The notes under the pieces were generated by a model, which was not told the DNA's origin, ran no database searches, and saw nothing but the letters and a program-made list of their open reading frames with translations. From a virus (taxonomy: Duplodnaviria > Caudoviricetes), in the IMG/VR virus record IMGVR_UViG_3300006879_000004, positions 1-57,749 of that record: DNA of 57,749 bases; one strand, given 5' to 3'. Below, piece by piece: positions 17,965 to 28,425 of the stretch; the stretch's first letter is position 1; the number at the start of each line of letters is the position of its first letter. Position numbers and translations under genes: made by a program.

Positions 17965-18834
17965 TTATTCACTTAAGGTGCTAATCTCACTCTTAACAAC
18001 CACTTTAAATAACTGTAACTTCTTATCTTTAGTTTCTTGGTCCGTTAATTCTACGACAATATACCTACCTTTAAGTTTGTCATTTAGTATTTCATCTCTG
18101 AGCTTGTTAGCGTAATGTACACCCTCCCTACTTTGGAAGTCGAATGTAACTAAGTCTGCTACGTTACCCAATTGGGTTGTTATTCCGTCCTCAGTTGTTC
18201 CCAAAATTTTGTTAGAATGTACGGCTATACTGTGGTAAGTTTTCACACCAACGGAAGAAACTGGAAACTTAATACTTGAAGAGTATTGAACGTCGTAAAA
18301 TTTGTTAGGTATAGTCCCATCCACTTTGTGCTCCCAAAGATTTCCGTCCTTTAAAGTAAACATTTTGGTGAACATACTAAACCCACTCTCGGGTATAATA
18401 TCTTTGAACGTCACCCAACCTTTTCTATTCTCACTCCAAGTTATGGTGTCTGTCTTACCATCCCGATCTTCGAAATCTGTCAACTGCTCGGTCAGGTTTA
18501 TGTTAGATAACGTCAAGTCTCCGTCTGAAAAAAACGTCATAGGTTCTGTATTCTCTGTTAGTATGGTTCCTTGAACATATCCGTTAGATACGATAGGATC
18601 TTCTGTAACACCGCCCATAGATAGTACTAAACTACCGTCAGTCATCCCAGTCACGTTAAAAGAATATTCGTAGCTAACTCCTTCTCTTACTTGAAAACTG
18701 TTAATTACTAAATCCCCCGAATTAGGCCCAGAGTGACTGATTACAGTGGGGGTGGAGTATTCCCACCCCCTGTCTGTTAGATATGGTGTAACATTGAAAG
18801 TCACACTATTATTTTCTATAACCTTTACTGCCAT
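17965..18834 (-). CDS. C-terminal part of tail nozzle/stabilisation protein with an extra N-terminal beta-sandwich
   Basis: TITWSENRKGWVTF...PE...TLKDGNLWEH...KFYD...KTYHSI...REGVHYA...LKGRY resembles the C-terminus of crAss-like stabilisation (muzzle) proteins. Confidence 0.65.
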   Translation of the reverse strand: MAVKVIENNSVTFNVTPYLTDRGWEYSTPTVISHSGPNSGDLVINSFQVREGVSYEYSFNVTGMTDGSLVLSMGGVTEDPIVSNGYVQGTILTENTEPMTFFSDGDLTLSNINLTEQLTDFEDRDGKTDTITWSENRKGWVTFKDIIPESGFSMFTKMFTLKDGNLWEHKVDGTIPNKFYDVQYSSSIKFPVSSVGVKTYHSIAVHSNKILGTTEDGITTQLGNVADLVTFDFQSREGVHYANKLRDEILNDKLKGRYIVVELTDQETKDKKLQLFKVVVKSEISTLSE

Positions 18835-18843
18835 ACTGAATTT

Positions 18844-21800
18844 TTAAATTGATTTACCCATGATTTTTACTTTGTGTAGTATTCTTATTTCGTCGTCACT
18901 ACACAGCGTTGGGGTGTCGTTAACAGTTCCTATATTTAATTCCCCCTGTACACTTGAGAAGTTTGTGGGAACTACGTTCGTGTTGTGAACTACCTCAACC
19001 ATACCCCCTGCTAAATTAAAATTAACTGGTAAGTTTTGTGTAGATCCGAATAGTTCGTATTGTATATTACCGGATATACTGTAATCATCAGCCAAGGCGT
19101 AGTCTATTTTCAATGTACAGATTATCCTTTTAGAACTGTCTTCGCTAAGTTCCGCATAAAGGTTGTTTATTTCAGGAGCTGTATTTTCCTCTATTGTTGT
19201 CGAAGTAAACGTCCCCTGAACTCCCCCTATTGTTAAAGTAGTGACAACACTAGTTTCATAATCAGAAGAAGAGATGTGCCTTACTGTGACTGTATCCCCC
19301 TCTAAAACAGTACCGGGCTGATCTTCCCAATCCCCTTGATTAATTCTGTACTCCCCGTTATCTACAGAGATAGGGGATGGCATGTTTATACCAGACACTG
19401 TAATGGGGTTAGACTGTACTTCTATAGCTAACTGCCTATTGTTTTGACTCGCAAATCCAAAAGGTGAGGGTGTGTTATCCCCTTGCTCAACTTCTACATT
19501 TATCAACTTACTTCTTGTACCCCCTCCCGGTATAGGGAAGGTCAATTCTATCTGGTCTTCCCCAACATAATCTTGGTCCGGTGTATACGTCAACTGATTA
19601 CCCACCAGACTAACCTCTCCGTGTTCTGGGGTAACGGCCGTTACTGTAACTATCGGTGGAATGAAGGGATCTATGTATAAAGCTCCTTCGAAACTTACTC
19701 GAATTATCCTAAGTCCTACCTCTTCAATAGTTAAATTATATTCGTTGTTGTAATTGTCATAATAGCCTATAAACTTAGCTCCCTTATCTTTAGCTTCTTT
19801 GGCGTACTTGACAAAGTAGCTGGTCATGTTTTTATCAATGACATCTATGCCGCTCAAACTATCTCGAACTGGTAGGCAGTTGTTGTCATCAAAGAAGTAG
19901 ATTAGTCCGTCTCTGGTCGCTACAATAGACTCTTTAGCGTTCCCGCATCCGAAATTACCGTTTCTCAATTGAACAGATCCGAAAATTCTACCGCTATCCG
20001 CAACCAAGGATGTGTCTGTATTATCATAGATAATTGACTTATAGACTGGTATTACCCCAACCTTAAATTCTTGTATGCAAACTAGGGCGTTATCCCTAGA
20101 CTCTAGCTTTCTTATCCACCCATGCTTGGAAGTAGTCTCACCCCCCCGTTCCCCGTAAATCCTCTCTGCATAGAACCTACCCATTCCGTTATACTTACTT
20201 CCGTAAACAAACTCATCGGAGTATCTAATTGAAGCTTTTCTTTGAGTCCTGCCTTGCTCATCATTGTATAACCTAGCCCTACCCGCACTCCAAAAGTTAG
20301 ATGCGTAATTGTCACTGAAGTTTGGGTCTTGTACAAAAGCCAGAACTCCCTCATTAGTCTCGGGGTGCTCATACAATCTTCCTTTGTAGTAAGCATCCCC
20401 CTCCATTATAGACCCCTCAGTAACTGAATTTTGTCCGTTTATGATCGGGTAAGTTTGTCCGATTTCGTAAAAGAACTCCGCTGTAGGCTCCTCTCCCTCA
20501 ACATTCACTTTCTTCTTGGGGGTAAATAGCTCCACCTCTATGGGAAAATCTTTCCATCCGATAGAATTTAACAGCTCTGTGTTCCTAACTTTCAATAAAT
20601 ACTTAACGTCACTGGCATCGTCTGGGTTAACCCTTATTTCAAAATCAACAATATCTAATTCAATAAAAGGGTATCTGAACCAATTCAAAGTTCCCGGACC
20701 GTTGGGTAATAGTACTCTTACGAATGTAACCTTGTCCCCCTTAGTGAAATCGTACATAACTTGAGACTCACTCTCAAACTGGTTAAATCTAGCTAATGAA
20801 GTTAAGTTAATTACTAAATATTCATCACCCCCTCCTTCAGTTGAATCGTACTCTCCTACTAACGTTACGTATTTTTCGTAAGTCTGGTTCTCAGATATTA
20901 GAATGTGGTACCCGACCGCTCCTTCCGGAGCCTCTGGACTAATCCTCCAGTTTATTTGAGGTACTTTACCTAACTGGGATGCGTTAGTTTCTGTTTTAAT
21001 AACGAATCTCTCATCTGTGACAATAGGAAACAACTTGCCGTTTTCGTCAAACGGGGCGTAAGCTAATTGGTAACTGGCTCCCGATTTCAAAGTTGGTTTA
21101 GACTGCGTGTTTAAAGTACCTAAGTTATCGTTCCTTACAAATGCGGATTCAACACTCCAATTCTCCCCCGAATTTAAACTTCTAGCGTGTATGTAATCCC
21201 AACCAGTTGATGTGTTGAAAGTCATCTCCCCAGAAGTTACTGAATTTAAGTAGGTTGTTATATTGGAAAGTGTGTAACTTAGACCGTTAGATTCGTCTGT
21301 ACTCGTAACTGTGTATTCGTGGGTATCTGGTATTACTCCCCCAATAGCCTTAACCTGAACTACAACAACGTCTCCGGACTTGGGGTCCCCATCGAAATGG
21401 ATGTGCCAATTCTTGTATTGCTGTCCCGAACTCCAATAGAAAGGTATGGCGGTAACTCTAAACTTGTTAGGATTATCTATAATCTCCCCAGTAACATCGG
21501 GCTCGTAGTAAGTGGCTGTTACAGATACCTCTTCTAATTCAGGTCTATCGTACCCCTCCTCTAACCCACCTAAGGCCAACATATTTCCATTGATAACCTC
21601 AACAGTTTCTGCTGTGTGTGGAATGTAATCATACTGAGACTCTACCTCAACTTGATCTAGTACAGGATATACCCCGTCGTTATAAAATAAGAATATGTAC
21701 TCGTTTGTAACGGGGTTGTAGGCTTCCGTAGGTCCGTTAGGATCTATATTACCGTTAGTTACAGTTATGTCCGTATCTGGTAGGTCAATAACCCTATCTC

Positions 21801-22623
21801 TGTCTATAGTTCTAGCAAGTAACCAATTATCCAACCCCGTTCTCACCCCTATGTTAACTTTCTCGACACGGTCCGTACCTATGTCAACCCTAACTTTAAG
21901 GACGTTGTGTAAAGCCACATTCTGACCCTGTCCGTCTGCCGGCTCATCCTCTGGTACGTTTCTTTTGGACATAGGCCCCCAAGTAGAGGATCTATAATCT
22001 TCATACTCGTACTGTATTCTAAACTGAAACAAATTCCCCCTTAAAGAATTAGAAGTCCTACTTGTATTAGATAGGTACTCAAATTCCGGTGGAAACAGGC
22101 TAGGATTTTTATGCAGTAACAAATCTTCTTTAACCACGACCCTGTTACCCCGCTGTTCTTTTAAAGAATTTACGTTTAAACAGTACAGTGGTCCTACCCC
22201 GTTAGTCAGTATTAAAAATTGATCATGCATTAATCGAATATCCGAAAAATACACATCGGGATCAATGGGGAATACATTTTCTTCCGAACTGTCTGTTAAA
22301 TTTTCAAATATAACACTTTCAGTAACAGTATCATAGTCAAACTCCACTATCTGGTGGTACCCCATAGAGTTGTACCTAACAATGTAAGCTTTTGATACGT
22401 TTTCGAAACCCGCGGAACCTACACACCTGTTTTGCCCAAGTGGTAGGTTAATCGTTACTTTTATATTTCCTTCTAAGTTACTTAGATAATTAGCATCAGA
22501 CTCATCGTTACCTACACTTCTTATATTATGTGCTTCTATATAATCGTATAAATTAATAGTTTCGGGACTATTTTCCCTGTCCATGCTACCAACTAGTAAC
22601 TTTACTTCTTCTTGATTAGCCAA
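18844..22623 (-). CDS. Tail nozzle/stabilisation (muzzle) protein with C-terminal Ig-like domains
   Basis: 1259 aa. MDRENSP...YIEAHNIR N-terminus; FQFRIQYEYED; SIRYSD; GWIRKL; IYFFD; IGYYD...EYNLTI; then YTPDQDYVGED and DNTPSPFGF...SNPITVSGIN Ig-like repeats. Confidence 0.75.
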   Translation of the reverse strand: MANQEEVKLLVGSMDRENSPETINLYDYIEAHNIRSVGNDESDANYLSNLEGNIKVTINLPLGQNRCVGSAGFENVSKAYIVRYNSMGYHQIVEFDYDTVTESVIFENLTDSSEENVFPIDPDVYFSDIRLMHDQFLILTNGVGPLYCLNVNSLKEQRGNRVVVKEDLLLHKNPSLFPPEFEYLSNTSRTSNSLRGNLFQFRIQYEYEDYRSSTWGPMSKRNVPEDEPADGQGQNVALHNVLKVRVDIGTDRVEKVNIGVRTGLDNWLLARTIDRDRVIDLPDTDITVTNGNIDPNGPTEAYNPVTNEYIFLFYNDGVYPVLDQVEVESQYDYIPHTAETVEVINGNMLALGGLEEGYDRPELEEVSVTATYYEPDVTGEIIDNPNKFRVTAIPFYWSSGQQYKNWHIHFDGDPKSGDVVVVQVKAIGGVIPDTHEYTVTSTDESNGLSYTLSNITTYLNSVTSGEMTFNTSTGWDYIHARSLNSGENWSVESAFVRNDNLGTLNTQSKPTLKSGASYQLAYAPFDENGKLFPIVTDERFVIKTETNASQLGKVPQINWRISPEAPEGAVGYHILISENQTYEKYVTLVGEYDSTEGGGDEYLVINLTSLARFNQFESESQVMYDFTKGDKVTFVRVLLPNGPGTLNWFRYPFIELDIVDFEIRVNPDDASDVKYLLKVRNTELLNSIGWKDFPIEVELFTPKKKVNVEGEEPTAEFFYEIGQTYPIINGQNSVTEGSIMEGDAYYKGRLYEHPETNEGVLAFVQDPNFSDNYASNFWSAGRARLYNDEQGRTQRKASIRYSDEFVYGSKYNGMGRFYAERIYGERGGETTSKHGWIRKLESRDNALVCIQEFKVGVIPVYKSIIYDNTDTSLVADSGRIFGSVQLRNGNFGCGNAKESIVATRDGLIYFFDDNNCLPVRDSLSGIDVIDKNMTSYFVKYAKEAKDKGAKFIGYYDNYNNEYNLTIEEVGLRIIRVSFEGALYIDPFIPPIVTVTAVTPEHGEVSLVGNQLTYTPDQDYVGEDQIELTFPIPGGGTRSKLINVEVEQGDNTPSPFGFASQNNRQLAIEVQSNPITVSGINMPSPISVDNGEYRINQGDWEDQPGTVLEGDTVTVRHISSSDYETSVVTTLTIGGVQGTFTSTTIEENTAPEINNLYAELSEDSSKRIICTLKIDYALADDYSISGNIQYELFGSTQNLPVNFNLAGGMVEVVHNTNVVPTNFSSVQGELNIGTVNDTPTLCSDDEIRILHKVKIMGKSI

Positions 22624-22628
22624 AGTGT

Positions 22629-23369
22629 TTAAGATTTAAGTCCATACTTAACGTGTCGTCTAGCGACTTGATTTAACTCTTGCTTTGTGGGAGCTTTCAT
22701 TCTGTATCTGGCATTATCTCTCAACCTATGCCATTCTTTCTCATAATACTGCTTGTCCCACTTGTCCTGATTTTTTCTGTTTATGGCGTATATCCATCTT
22801 ACGTAAGCGATTAATGCTTCTCTAATGTAAGGGTGGACGTAAGGTTCTCCTGTATCATTCTCTTTAGGAAAGGATTTGTATTCAATAACTATATCCCCAT
22901 TGCAGTGAGCTAAATTGGGGCTTAGGTAAACCGTGTGCCCACTTATGTAGTATTTTCCGTAATCCTTCCAAGAACCTACTCCGTAAGACCCACCTCTGTA
23001 GGCTGGATTAGTTCCCCTGTAGTCTGGACGACCCGCTGGATTCTCTATTTCACATCTGCAAGCTTTAGGATTTCCGCAACCACAGGACCCTCCTAAATTA
23101 GAGATATTTTTCTCTCTGGTGAGTGCTACCAACTTACCTCCCAAACGTCTTGAAATTGATAGGACCTTTAGGCAATCTTCGGGTAATTCTCCGAGACCAT
23201 TAGGGTTAATCCAAAGCTCTGTGGTATGAGTCTCGTGTAAAGGTAAATCTATTTGTAATTCTTGCAACCCCCTCATGGCAATATGGTAGGCTCTAGTGTA
23301 TTCAGCTTCTCCAAGCCCTGCCTCAATTAGGTAGTGACTTACAACGTTATCTAATGTTTCTAGCTTCAT
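22629..23369 (-). CDS. Tail ring/tubular protein
   Basis: ELPEDCLKV...IVIEYKS...PYVH...EALIAY pattern; position between capsid and nozzle genes. Confidence 0.65.
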   Translation of the reverse strand: MKLETLDNVVSHYLIEAGLGEAEYTRAYHIAMRGLQELQIDLPLHETHTTELWINPNGLGELPEDCLKVLSISRRLGGKLVALTREKNISNLGGSCGCGNPKACRCEIENPAGRPDYRGTNPAYRGGSYGVGSWKDYGKYYISGHTVYLSPNLAHCNGDIVIEYKSFPKENDTGEPYVHPYIREALIAYVRWIYAINRKNQDKWDKQYYEKEWHRLRDNARYRMKAPTKQELNQVARRHVKYGLKS

Positions 23370-23371
23370 AA

Positions 23372-23992
23372 TTAATTTGTTTTGCGGTCTACCCCATCAT
23401 TCTCTCTATCCGTTGGCATACTAACTTCTGGATAAGCTAACATCCAAGCGTATCTTAAAGCCTCCTGTCCAACATCTGCTGGCACACTATCATCATCGTC
23501 GGAAGGTAGTAAATTAGATTGAGTCAACTGCACAATACCTAAATCTTCAGGTATCCCATTAGTAAAGTAGAGCCTATCTCCTTTTAAGTAGTATTGAATT
23601 ACACTAGGTATTCTTATTAAGCCCTTTTGAGAAAACCATTCAGATAAGGTTATAGGTACAAACCTGATAGCCCACCTGCTGTTAGATTTCTTAGAGGTTA
23701 CGCTGTAAGACCTCATACCCCCCATGTCTATAGACTCTCCTAAAGTTTCTATGTAGTAAGAATCTTCTTCCTCATCGTAAATCAGTTCCGCATCTTTAGT
23801 TGTAGTTTTACCTATGTAGTTTTCATCGGAATTGTTTTTATCCTCAAACCAACGTTTGCGTAGTTGGTAAGCAACAGCGGATTTTATATACGCTTTAGCC
23901 ACCCTGTAATTTAGTCTAGCGTCGTCTGTCGGTTGACCACCCTCAGACATATCTATTAACAGGTAGGTTAACTCTTTTATAGTGGTAGTCAT
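23372..23992 (-). CDS. Tail ring/tubular protein
   Basis: GGQPTDD...YYLKGDRLYF...DRENDG pattern; synteny with crAss-like ring genes. Confidence 0.6.
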   Translation of the reverse strand: MTTTIKELTYLLIDMSEGGQPTDDARLNYRVAKAYIKSAVAYQLRKRWFEDKNNSDENYIGKTTTKDAELIYDEEEDSYYIETLGESIDMGGMRSYSVTSKKSNSRWAIRFVPITLSEWFSQKGLIRIPSVIQYYLKGDRLYFTNGIPEDLGIVQLTQSNLLPSDDDDSVPADVGQEALRYAWMLAYPEVSMPTDRENDGVDRKTN

Positions 23993-23996
23993 AATT

Positions 23997-24680
23997 TTAC
24001 TCGTTTATTTTAGCTACTTGAACTTGTTGACTAAGAAACTGATCTCTTAAAGGAATTGACACTTTAGCTAATACCCGGTTTACAATATCTAATGTCTCCC
24101 CCTCTCCCCACTCTAAGTCTACGGAATTGTCCTCATCATAAACTTTTCTAACAACGGTTCTACTGCCTGCGGTGATTGTTTCATCTTTCTCCGCATATAG
24201 TGCAGGGGAAGGTCGTTTAAGGTATTTAACGTGTACACTATCTAGTGCGCCTAATATTTGTAACCCTTCGGTATCTTCTAAGTAGTACATCTCCTCATCG
24301 TTAGGCTCCCTTAACGGGTTTCCGTAAATCATTCCTAACCTATCCTCGTCTATACGTTTCAAAGCTACAGGCATATCCCTACTGATAAGAACGGAAGTAA
24401 TCTTACCGCAATCTGAGGGCAGTAAGGCTTCTCCCGATACTACGGGTATTGTCACGTTAGTCCTGAATGGGTTTAGTCTTCGGTCTGTGTTTTGCGATTT
24501 ACCGTACACAACGTTAGTCCTACCGTCTAGCTTCTTGTTAGTAATCCCAACTAACTCATCGAACAGCTCTTGGGAGCTTATATTAACTAGCCTAGTGACC
24601 TCCTCTCCCGTCAGGTACTTCCCGTTATTCTTATCTAGTATATCTAATACTAGGTCATTTACCGTTTTAATACTAATCAT
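23997..24680 (-). CDS. Tail ring/head-tail adaptor protein
   Basis: ILDKNNGKYLT.EE...LPSD...YLKRP...SVDLE pattern; synteny. Confidence 0.65.
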   Translation of the reverse strand: MISIKTVNDLVLDILDKNNGKYLTGEEVTRLVNISSQELFDELVGITNKKLDGRTNVVYGKSQNTDRRLNPFRTNVTIPVVSGEALLPSDCGKITSVLISRDMPVALKRIDEDRLGMIYGNPLREPNDEEMYYLEDTEGLQILGALDSVHVKYLKRPSPALYAEKDETITAGSRTVVRKVYDEDNSVDLEWGEGETLDIVNRVLAKVSIPLRDQFLSQQVQVAKINE

Positions 24681-24708
24681 CTCAAATCAATTCTATTTCA
24701 TTTGTCTA

Positions 24709-24716
24709 CAAATTTA
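24709..24716 (-). promoter_or_regulatory. Late-type -7 box TAAATTTG
   Basis: Intergenic, downstream of a terminator, upstream of the ring genes. Confidence 0.7.
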
Positions 24717-24757
24717 ATGATAATTTATTAAGGTTTTGACTTTAGGTGAGGTGCCTT

Positions 24758-24790
24758 TAAACAACAAACCCCCGGTGGTTACCGAGGGAA
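24758..24790 (-). terminator. Intrinsic terminator
   Basis: Minus strand CCCTCGGT-aacc-ACCGGGGG-TTTGTTGTTT. Confidence 0.75.
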
Positions 24791-24857
24791 TGAAACAAAC
24801 AGACATTATTAATTATTATTATGGGATTCTAATTTTTAGTCTGCTTGATTTGGTGGG

Positions 24858-25634
24858 TTATTTATCGTAAGTGGCAAATTTCTTAACGAACTCTAAGGCA
24901 TCTTCTGTACCTTTCGAGATCCAATCTACCATTTGATCTGTCAACTTATTGTCGGCTGTTAGTTTAAACACTTTAATCTCAGTGCCCGTATCTCCCCAAC
25001 TAACCTTTCCTTTGTTGTTAACAAGAGTCTTAGTCTTAAACGCTTGGATAAGTCGAGCTTTCATTCTACTATCTTCACTGTTAAAAGTTCTAATAACGTG
25101 CTCAGGGTCCTTTTCTGCGTAAGCTAATGCTTTATTCAACAACTCATCTACGGTATTAACTTTAGGTGTGAAATTGTACTCCGCTTTCAACCAATCTGAT
25201 AGCTCTTCTTTTGTGGCATTCAGCAGTTGAGATTGAGCTTTGATACGTAGCTTCTTAATATTAGCCAAGTCTTTAAACAACTTCTCTTCGTCAATTAAAC
25301 GATACTTGTAGATAGATTTAGCTTTAGCATTTTTCTTATCTACATTGTGGTCTAAAGCCATTAGATAATTGAGCTTGTAAGTTTCTCTACCTGAAACACT
25401 CAATCTACCTTTGTGGAAAATAATAGTTTGATTAGATGCTCTTGCATTCTCACGCTGCTCATCTACAAAAGGAGACGCCTCTGTTGGAGAAAGTCTTACC
25501 TCTCGGTAACCTACCTCATCGTCATAAACTGTTGCCTCCGTTGGTATAATGTAACGTCCTTTATGGTTTTTCCCAGAACCAGTAAGTTCGAATCTATACG
25601 TGCGGGATTTATCCCAATTTCTTAATTTAGCCAT
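24858..25634 (-). CDS. Conserved capsid-adjacent structural/assembly protein
   Basis: 258 aa directly after the capsid gene; REVRL...SPFVDEQ...IIFHKG.L.V pattern typical of this locus in Bacteroidota podoviruses. Confidence 0.6.
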   Translation of the reverse strand: MAKLRNWDKSRTYRFELTGSGKNHKGRYIIPTEATVYDDEVGYREVRLSPTEASPFVDEQRENARASNQTIIFHKGRLSVSGRETYKLNYLMALDHNVDKKNAKAKSIYKYRLIDEEKLFKDLANIKKLRIKAQSQLLNATKEELSDWLKAEYNFTPKVNTVDELLNKALAYAEKDPEHVIRTFNSEDSRMKARLIQAFKTKTLVNNKGKVSWGDTGTEIKVFKLTADNKLTDQMVDWISKGTEDALEFVKKFATYDK

Positions 25635-25670
25635 GTTTAACTTTTAGTAATGTCTTGTTTTGTCTGTTTT

Positions 25671-25703
25671 TAAAATAAGGGGTGTTTAGCTGGCACACCC
25701 CTC
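25671..25703 (-). terminator. Intrinsic terminator after the major capsid gene
   Basis: Minus strand GAGGGGTGT-gccagctaa-ACACCCCTT-ATTTT. Confidence 0.75.
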
Positions 25704-25727
25704 GAAGCCGATTTTATCATTTACCGA

Positions 25728-27095
25728 TTAAGGCATTTGCAATTGTGCGAAAACGAATGCTTCAACGTCAGTTGCATCAATACCTAAGTAAGAAGTGATT
25801 GAGATTTGTCCGTGACGAGTAGTGTTTTTACCAAACAATGCACCGTCAGTGTCCATCTTGTTCAACAATCCTTCATCAGTACCGATAGTGTTATTCAAGT
25901 AACGAAGAGTTAAGTAATCACGTACTTCTCCGCTTGGTGCAAGAACACCACCCTGAGGTACTAACAACATTTGGTAAGCTTTAGGAGAAGCAACTGTGTT
26001 AGCTCCAGCTAGACGAGCTGAGTTCCAGTAAGCATACTTTTTGAAGTCGTAGTTAACACCTTTGATTTTGAATGCAGTATCGTAGTCGAAGATAACACGA
26101 ATGTCATCATCAGAACCATTTTGAACTACAATCTGTACGTTAGCTCCAGCGTTAGCTAGGAAATCTTGTACTGCGTAGTAAGCCTCTGGTCCAGCAAGAC
26201 CACGATAGTTGTTTGCACGTCCTGTACCGTCAATAGCACGAGAAAGGTCAGTGAAGAAAGCGTCGTTAAGGACAGCTCCTGCACCACCACCGTCTAGGGC
26301 AGTACCGTACTCTTTAACAAGAGCAACTAGGCCAAGTGCGTTATTGTTTTCGTTACCTTCTGAAGTAACTGAATCAGCCAAGTCTCCGTCGATGAGAGCC
26401 ATCTCTTTCACATCAGTGTGTTGACGAGTGATTGAGGTAGCATCTAAATCGTAGTAAGAAACACCGCCACGACGCTCGATTTTAATCATCGAAGCTAGGT
26501 CAGTGTAAGCCTTGTTAGTACGAAGCATAGAGATCTCGTTCTGACGACCTTGCCATCCTTCATACTCTCCGTCTTGTTGGAAAGAAGCCTCTTGAACTTT
26601 AGGACGACCTAATGAAATAAATTCTGCATCGTCAGCTGAGATAGTTGCAGCCTCTACACGAGAATCTACTGGTTTAATGTCAGCAGTGTGTGCTCCAGCA
26701 GTATCTTTATCTACAGCTACAACTTCAAAAACAATGTCTGAAGAGTTTTCTCGGAACCAAAGACCAACAGCTGGTGCTGAAAGAGTTTCGTCTGCGTCAG
26801 TGTAGTTCTCTACAGTAACTGTAATTGGAGTATCTGCATCTGTTACTTCTACGTCAGCTGTTACAGTGAACATGTTACGAGGTTTGTTGAAGTCAACTAA
26901 CATTTCGTACTGACGTTGTCCGGTTTGTTTGATCTTGCCAGATGCTTCTAGTTCAGCTACAAGGGAGTCTCCAGTAATAGGAGAGAAAGCTCTGTGGAAA
27001 TCTAGGGCATTCGACGGGGTCACCAAACCAAGCGATAATAATACCTGCTCGCTTACTTGATCGATTGCGAAGCCGTGTTGTGGGGTATGTGCCAT
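25728..27095 (-). CDS. Major capsid protein
   Basis: 455 aa after portal and scaffold; EMALIDG...GLVALVKEYG HK97-like segment; visibly biased codon usage (CGT, GCT); strong terminator downstream. Confidence 0.82.
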   Translation of the reverse strand: MAHTPQHGFAIDQVSEQVLLSLGLVTPSNALDFHRAFSPITGDSLVAELEASGKIKQTGQRQYEMLVDFNKPRNMFTVTADVEVTDADTPITVTVENYTDADETLSAPAVGLWFRENSSDIVFEVVAVDKDTAGAHTADIKPVDSRVEAATISADDAEFISLGRPKVQEASFQQDGEYEGWQGRQNEISMLRTNKAYTDLASMIKIERRGGVSYYDLDATSITRQHTDVKEMALIDGDLADSVTSEGNENNNALGLVALVKEYGTALDGGGAGAVLNDAFFTDLSRAIDGTGRANNYRGLAGPEAYYAVQDFLANAGANVQIVVQNGSDDDIRVIFDYDTAFKIKGVNYDFKKYAYWNSARLAGANTVASPKAYQMLLVPQGGVLAPSGEVRDYLTLRYLNNTIGTDEGLLNKMDTDGALFGKNTTRHGQISITSYLGIDATDVEAFVFAQLQMP

Positions 27096-27141
27096 TTTTA
27101 AATCTTTTCTTTAAATTTTTAAAACTAAATTTGATATTTTT

Positions 27142-28356
27142 TTATTTATACTTACCCATCTTTTCGTCGTATCTTTGTCGGAAACTTTCAAACTGAGCTA
27201 CTGCTCTATCTTTAGGTTGTCCTTCTTTAGATACTCTTCTGGGTTCGTCAGAGTAGTTAACAACTTTTTCCTTTACGAATTTTTGCTTGAACTGCGCTGT
27301 AAGTTGCTTAACGTAACTTTTGATGATGTCTGGTGCAAATAACTCCATAGCTTTATCGCTCACTAACCTTGTGTAGTCGACTTCGCCTGTTTCAGGATTC
27401 TTTACATACTTATCATCGCTAGGGTGGCCTTGGTAGTTCTCAAGATAATTCTTAAGAGTTTCCTTTTGTTCTGGCGTAAGTTTGAAAGTTACATCTGAAA
27501 CTACCTTGTCTCCTGATTCAACTTCGTAGTCAAACTTTTGCTTGAAGCCCCCTAATTTAGATACTTCTGCGCTTATAGCTGGTGTCCAAACTTCCTCTCG
27601 GAATTTGTTGCTTTGCTCTACTAGTTCTGTTGTGTATTCTTCGATAATCTTAGAACGGTCTGCTGTTACCTCTACGTCCAATTCGACTTCCGGTAACTCT
27701 AAAGACTCTTGCTCTTGTTTTAATAGCTGTTTAGCTTTATGTACGTCAGCTTTTAGTAGTCTTTCCCCTCTCCTAATTTTATCGTCAATACGTTGGTTGT
27801 ACTCTTTTATACGCTCAATTTCATCGTCCAACGCATCCTCGGGAATATCTCTTTTCTTAAGTCCTATTCCGTAATCATCCTTCAGAGCATCTGAGATATC
27901 GTTTGAATCCCAAGCAGGGTTCTCTTGCTGTAGTTTAAATTTGAGTAATTCCTCGTTAGACATCGAGTCTACATCAAGGTTTTTGAATTTAAAGTACTTA
28001 GATACAGTGTCGTTATGCTCTTCAAGATAATCTTTTAAGTTGTACTTAACTTTATCTTTTACTGTAGTTGGTTGCGGTTCAGGTTCTTGAGGAGATTCCT
28101 CTTCTTCATAAAATGAAATAAAAACTTCTTCCTCAACTGGTTCTAAAGTGTTAGTATCCTCTACTACAGGATTATCCTCTTGTGAGGTTTCTACTTCGCT
28201 ATCAACTACTTCTTCTACATTCTCAATATTATCCTCTACTGCTGGAGTGTCTTCCACTACCTCTTCAACCACAGACTCTGTTGTAGATTCCGTATTGTCG
28301 GGACCCCACTCCTTACCAATAGCTGATAAAAATGAACTTCTATCTACTTCTGCCAT
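27142..28356 (-). CDS. Scaffolding protein
   Basis: Very acidic, low-complexity N-terminus and coiled coil; between portal and capsid. Confidence 0.7.
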   Translation of the reverse strand: MAEVDRSSFLSAIGKEWGPDNTESTTESVVEEVVEDTPAVEDNIENVEEVVDSEVETSQEDNPVVEDTNTLEPVEEEVFISFYEEEESPQEPEPQPTTVKDKVKYNLKDYLEEHNDTVSKYFKFKNLDVDSMSNEELLKFKLQQENPAWDSNDISDALKDDYGIGLKKRDIPEDALDDEIERIKEYNQRIDDKIRRGERLLKADVHKAKQLLKQEQESLELPEVELDVEVTADRSKIIEEYTTELVEQSNKFREEVWTPAISAEVSKLGGFKQKFDYEVESGDKVVSDVTFKLTPEQKETLKNYLENYQGHPSDDKYVKNPETGEVDYTRLVSDKAMELFAPDIIKSYVKQLTAQFKQKFVKEKVVNYSDEPRRVSKEGQPKDRAVAQFESFRQRYDEKMGKYK

Positions 28357-28387
28357 ATTAACTTTATTTGTCTATTTGTTTGTTTTG

Positions 28388-28395
28388 CAAATTTA
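28388..28395 (-). promoter_or_regulatory. Late-type -7 box TAAATTTG
   Basis: Intergenic, upstream of scaffold/capsid. Confidence 0.72.
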
Positions 28396-28425
28396 ATAAT
28401 AATATTTCAACTCATTTTCATGTGG

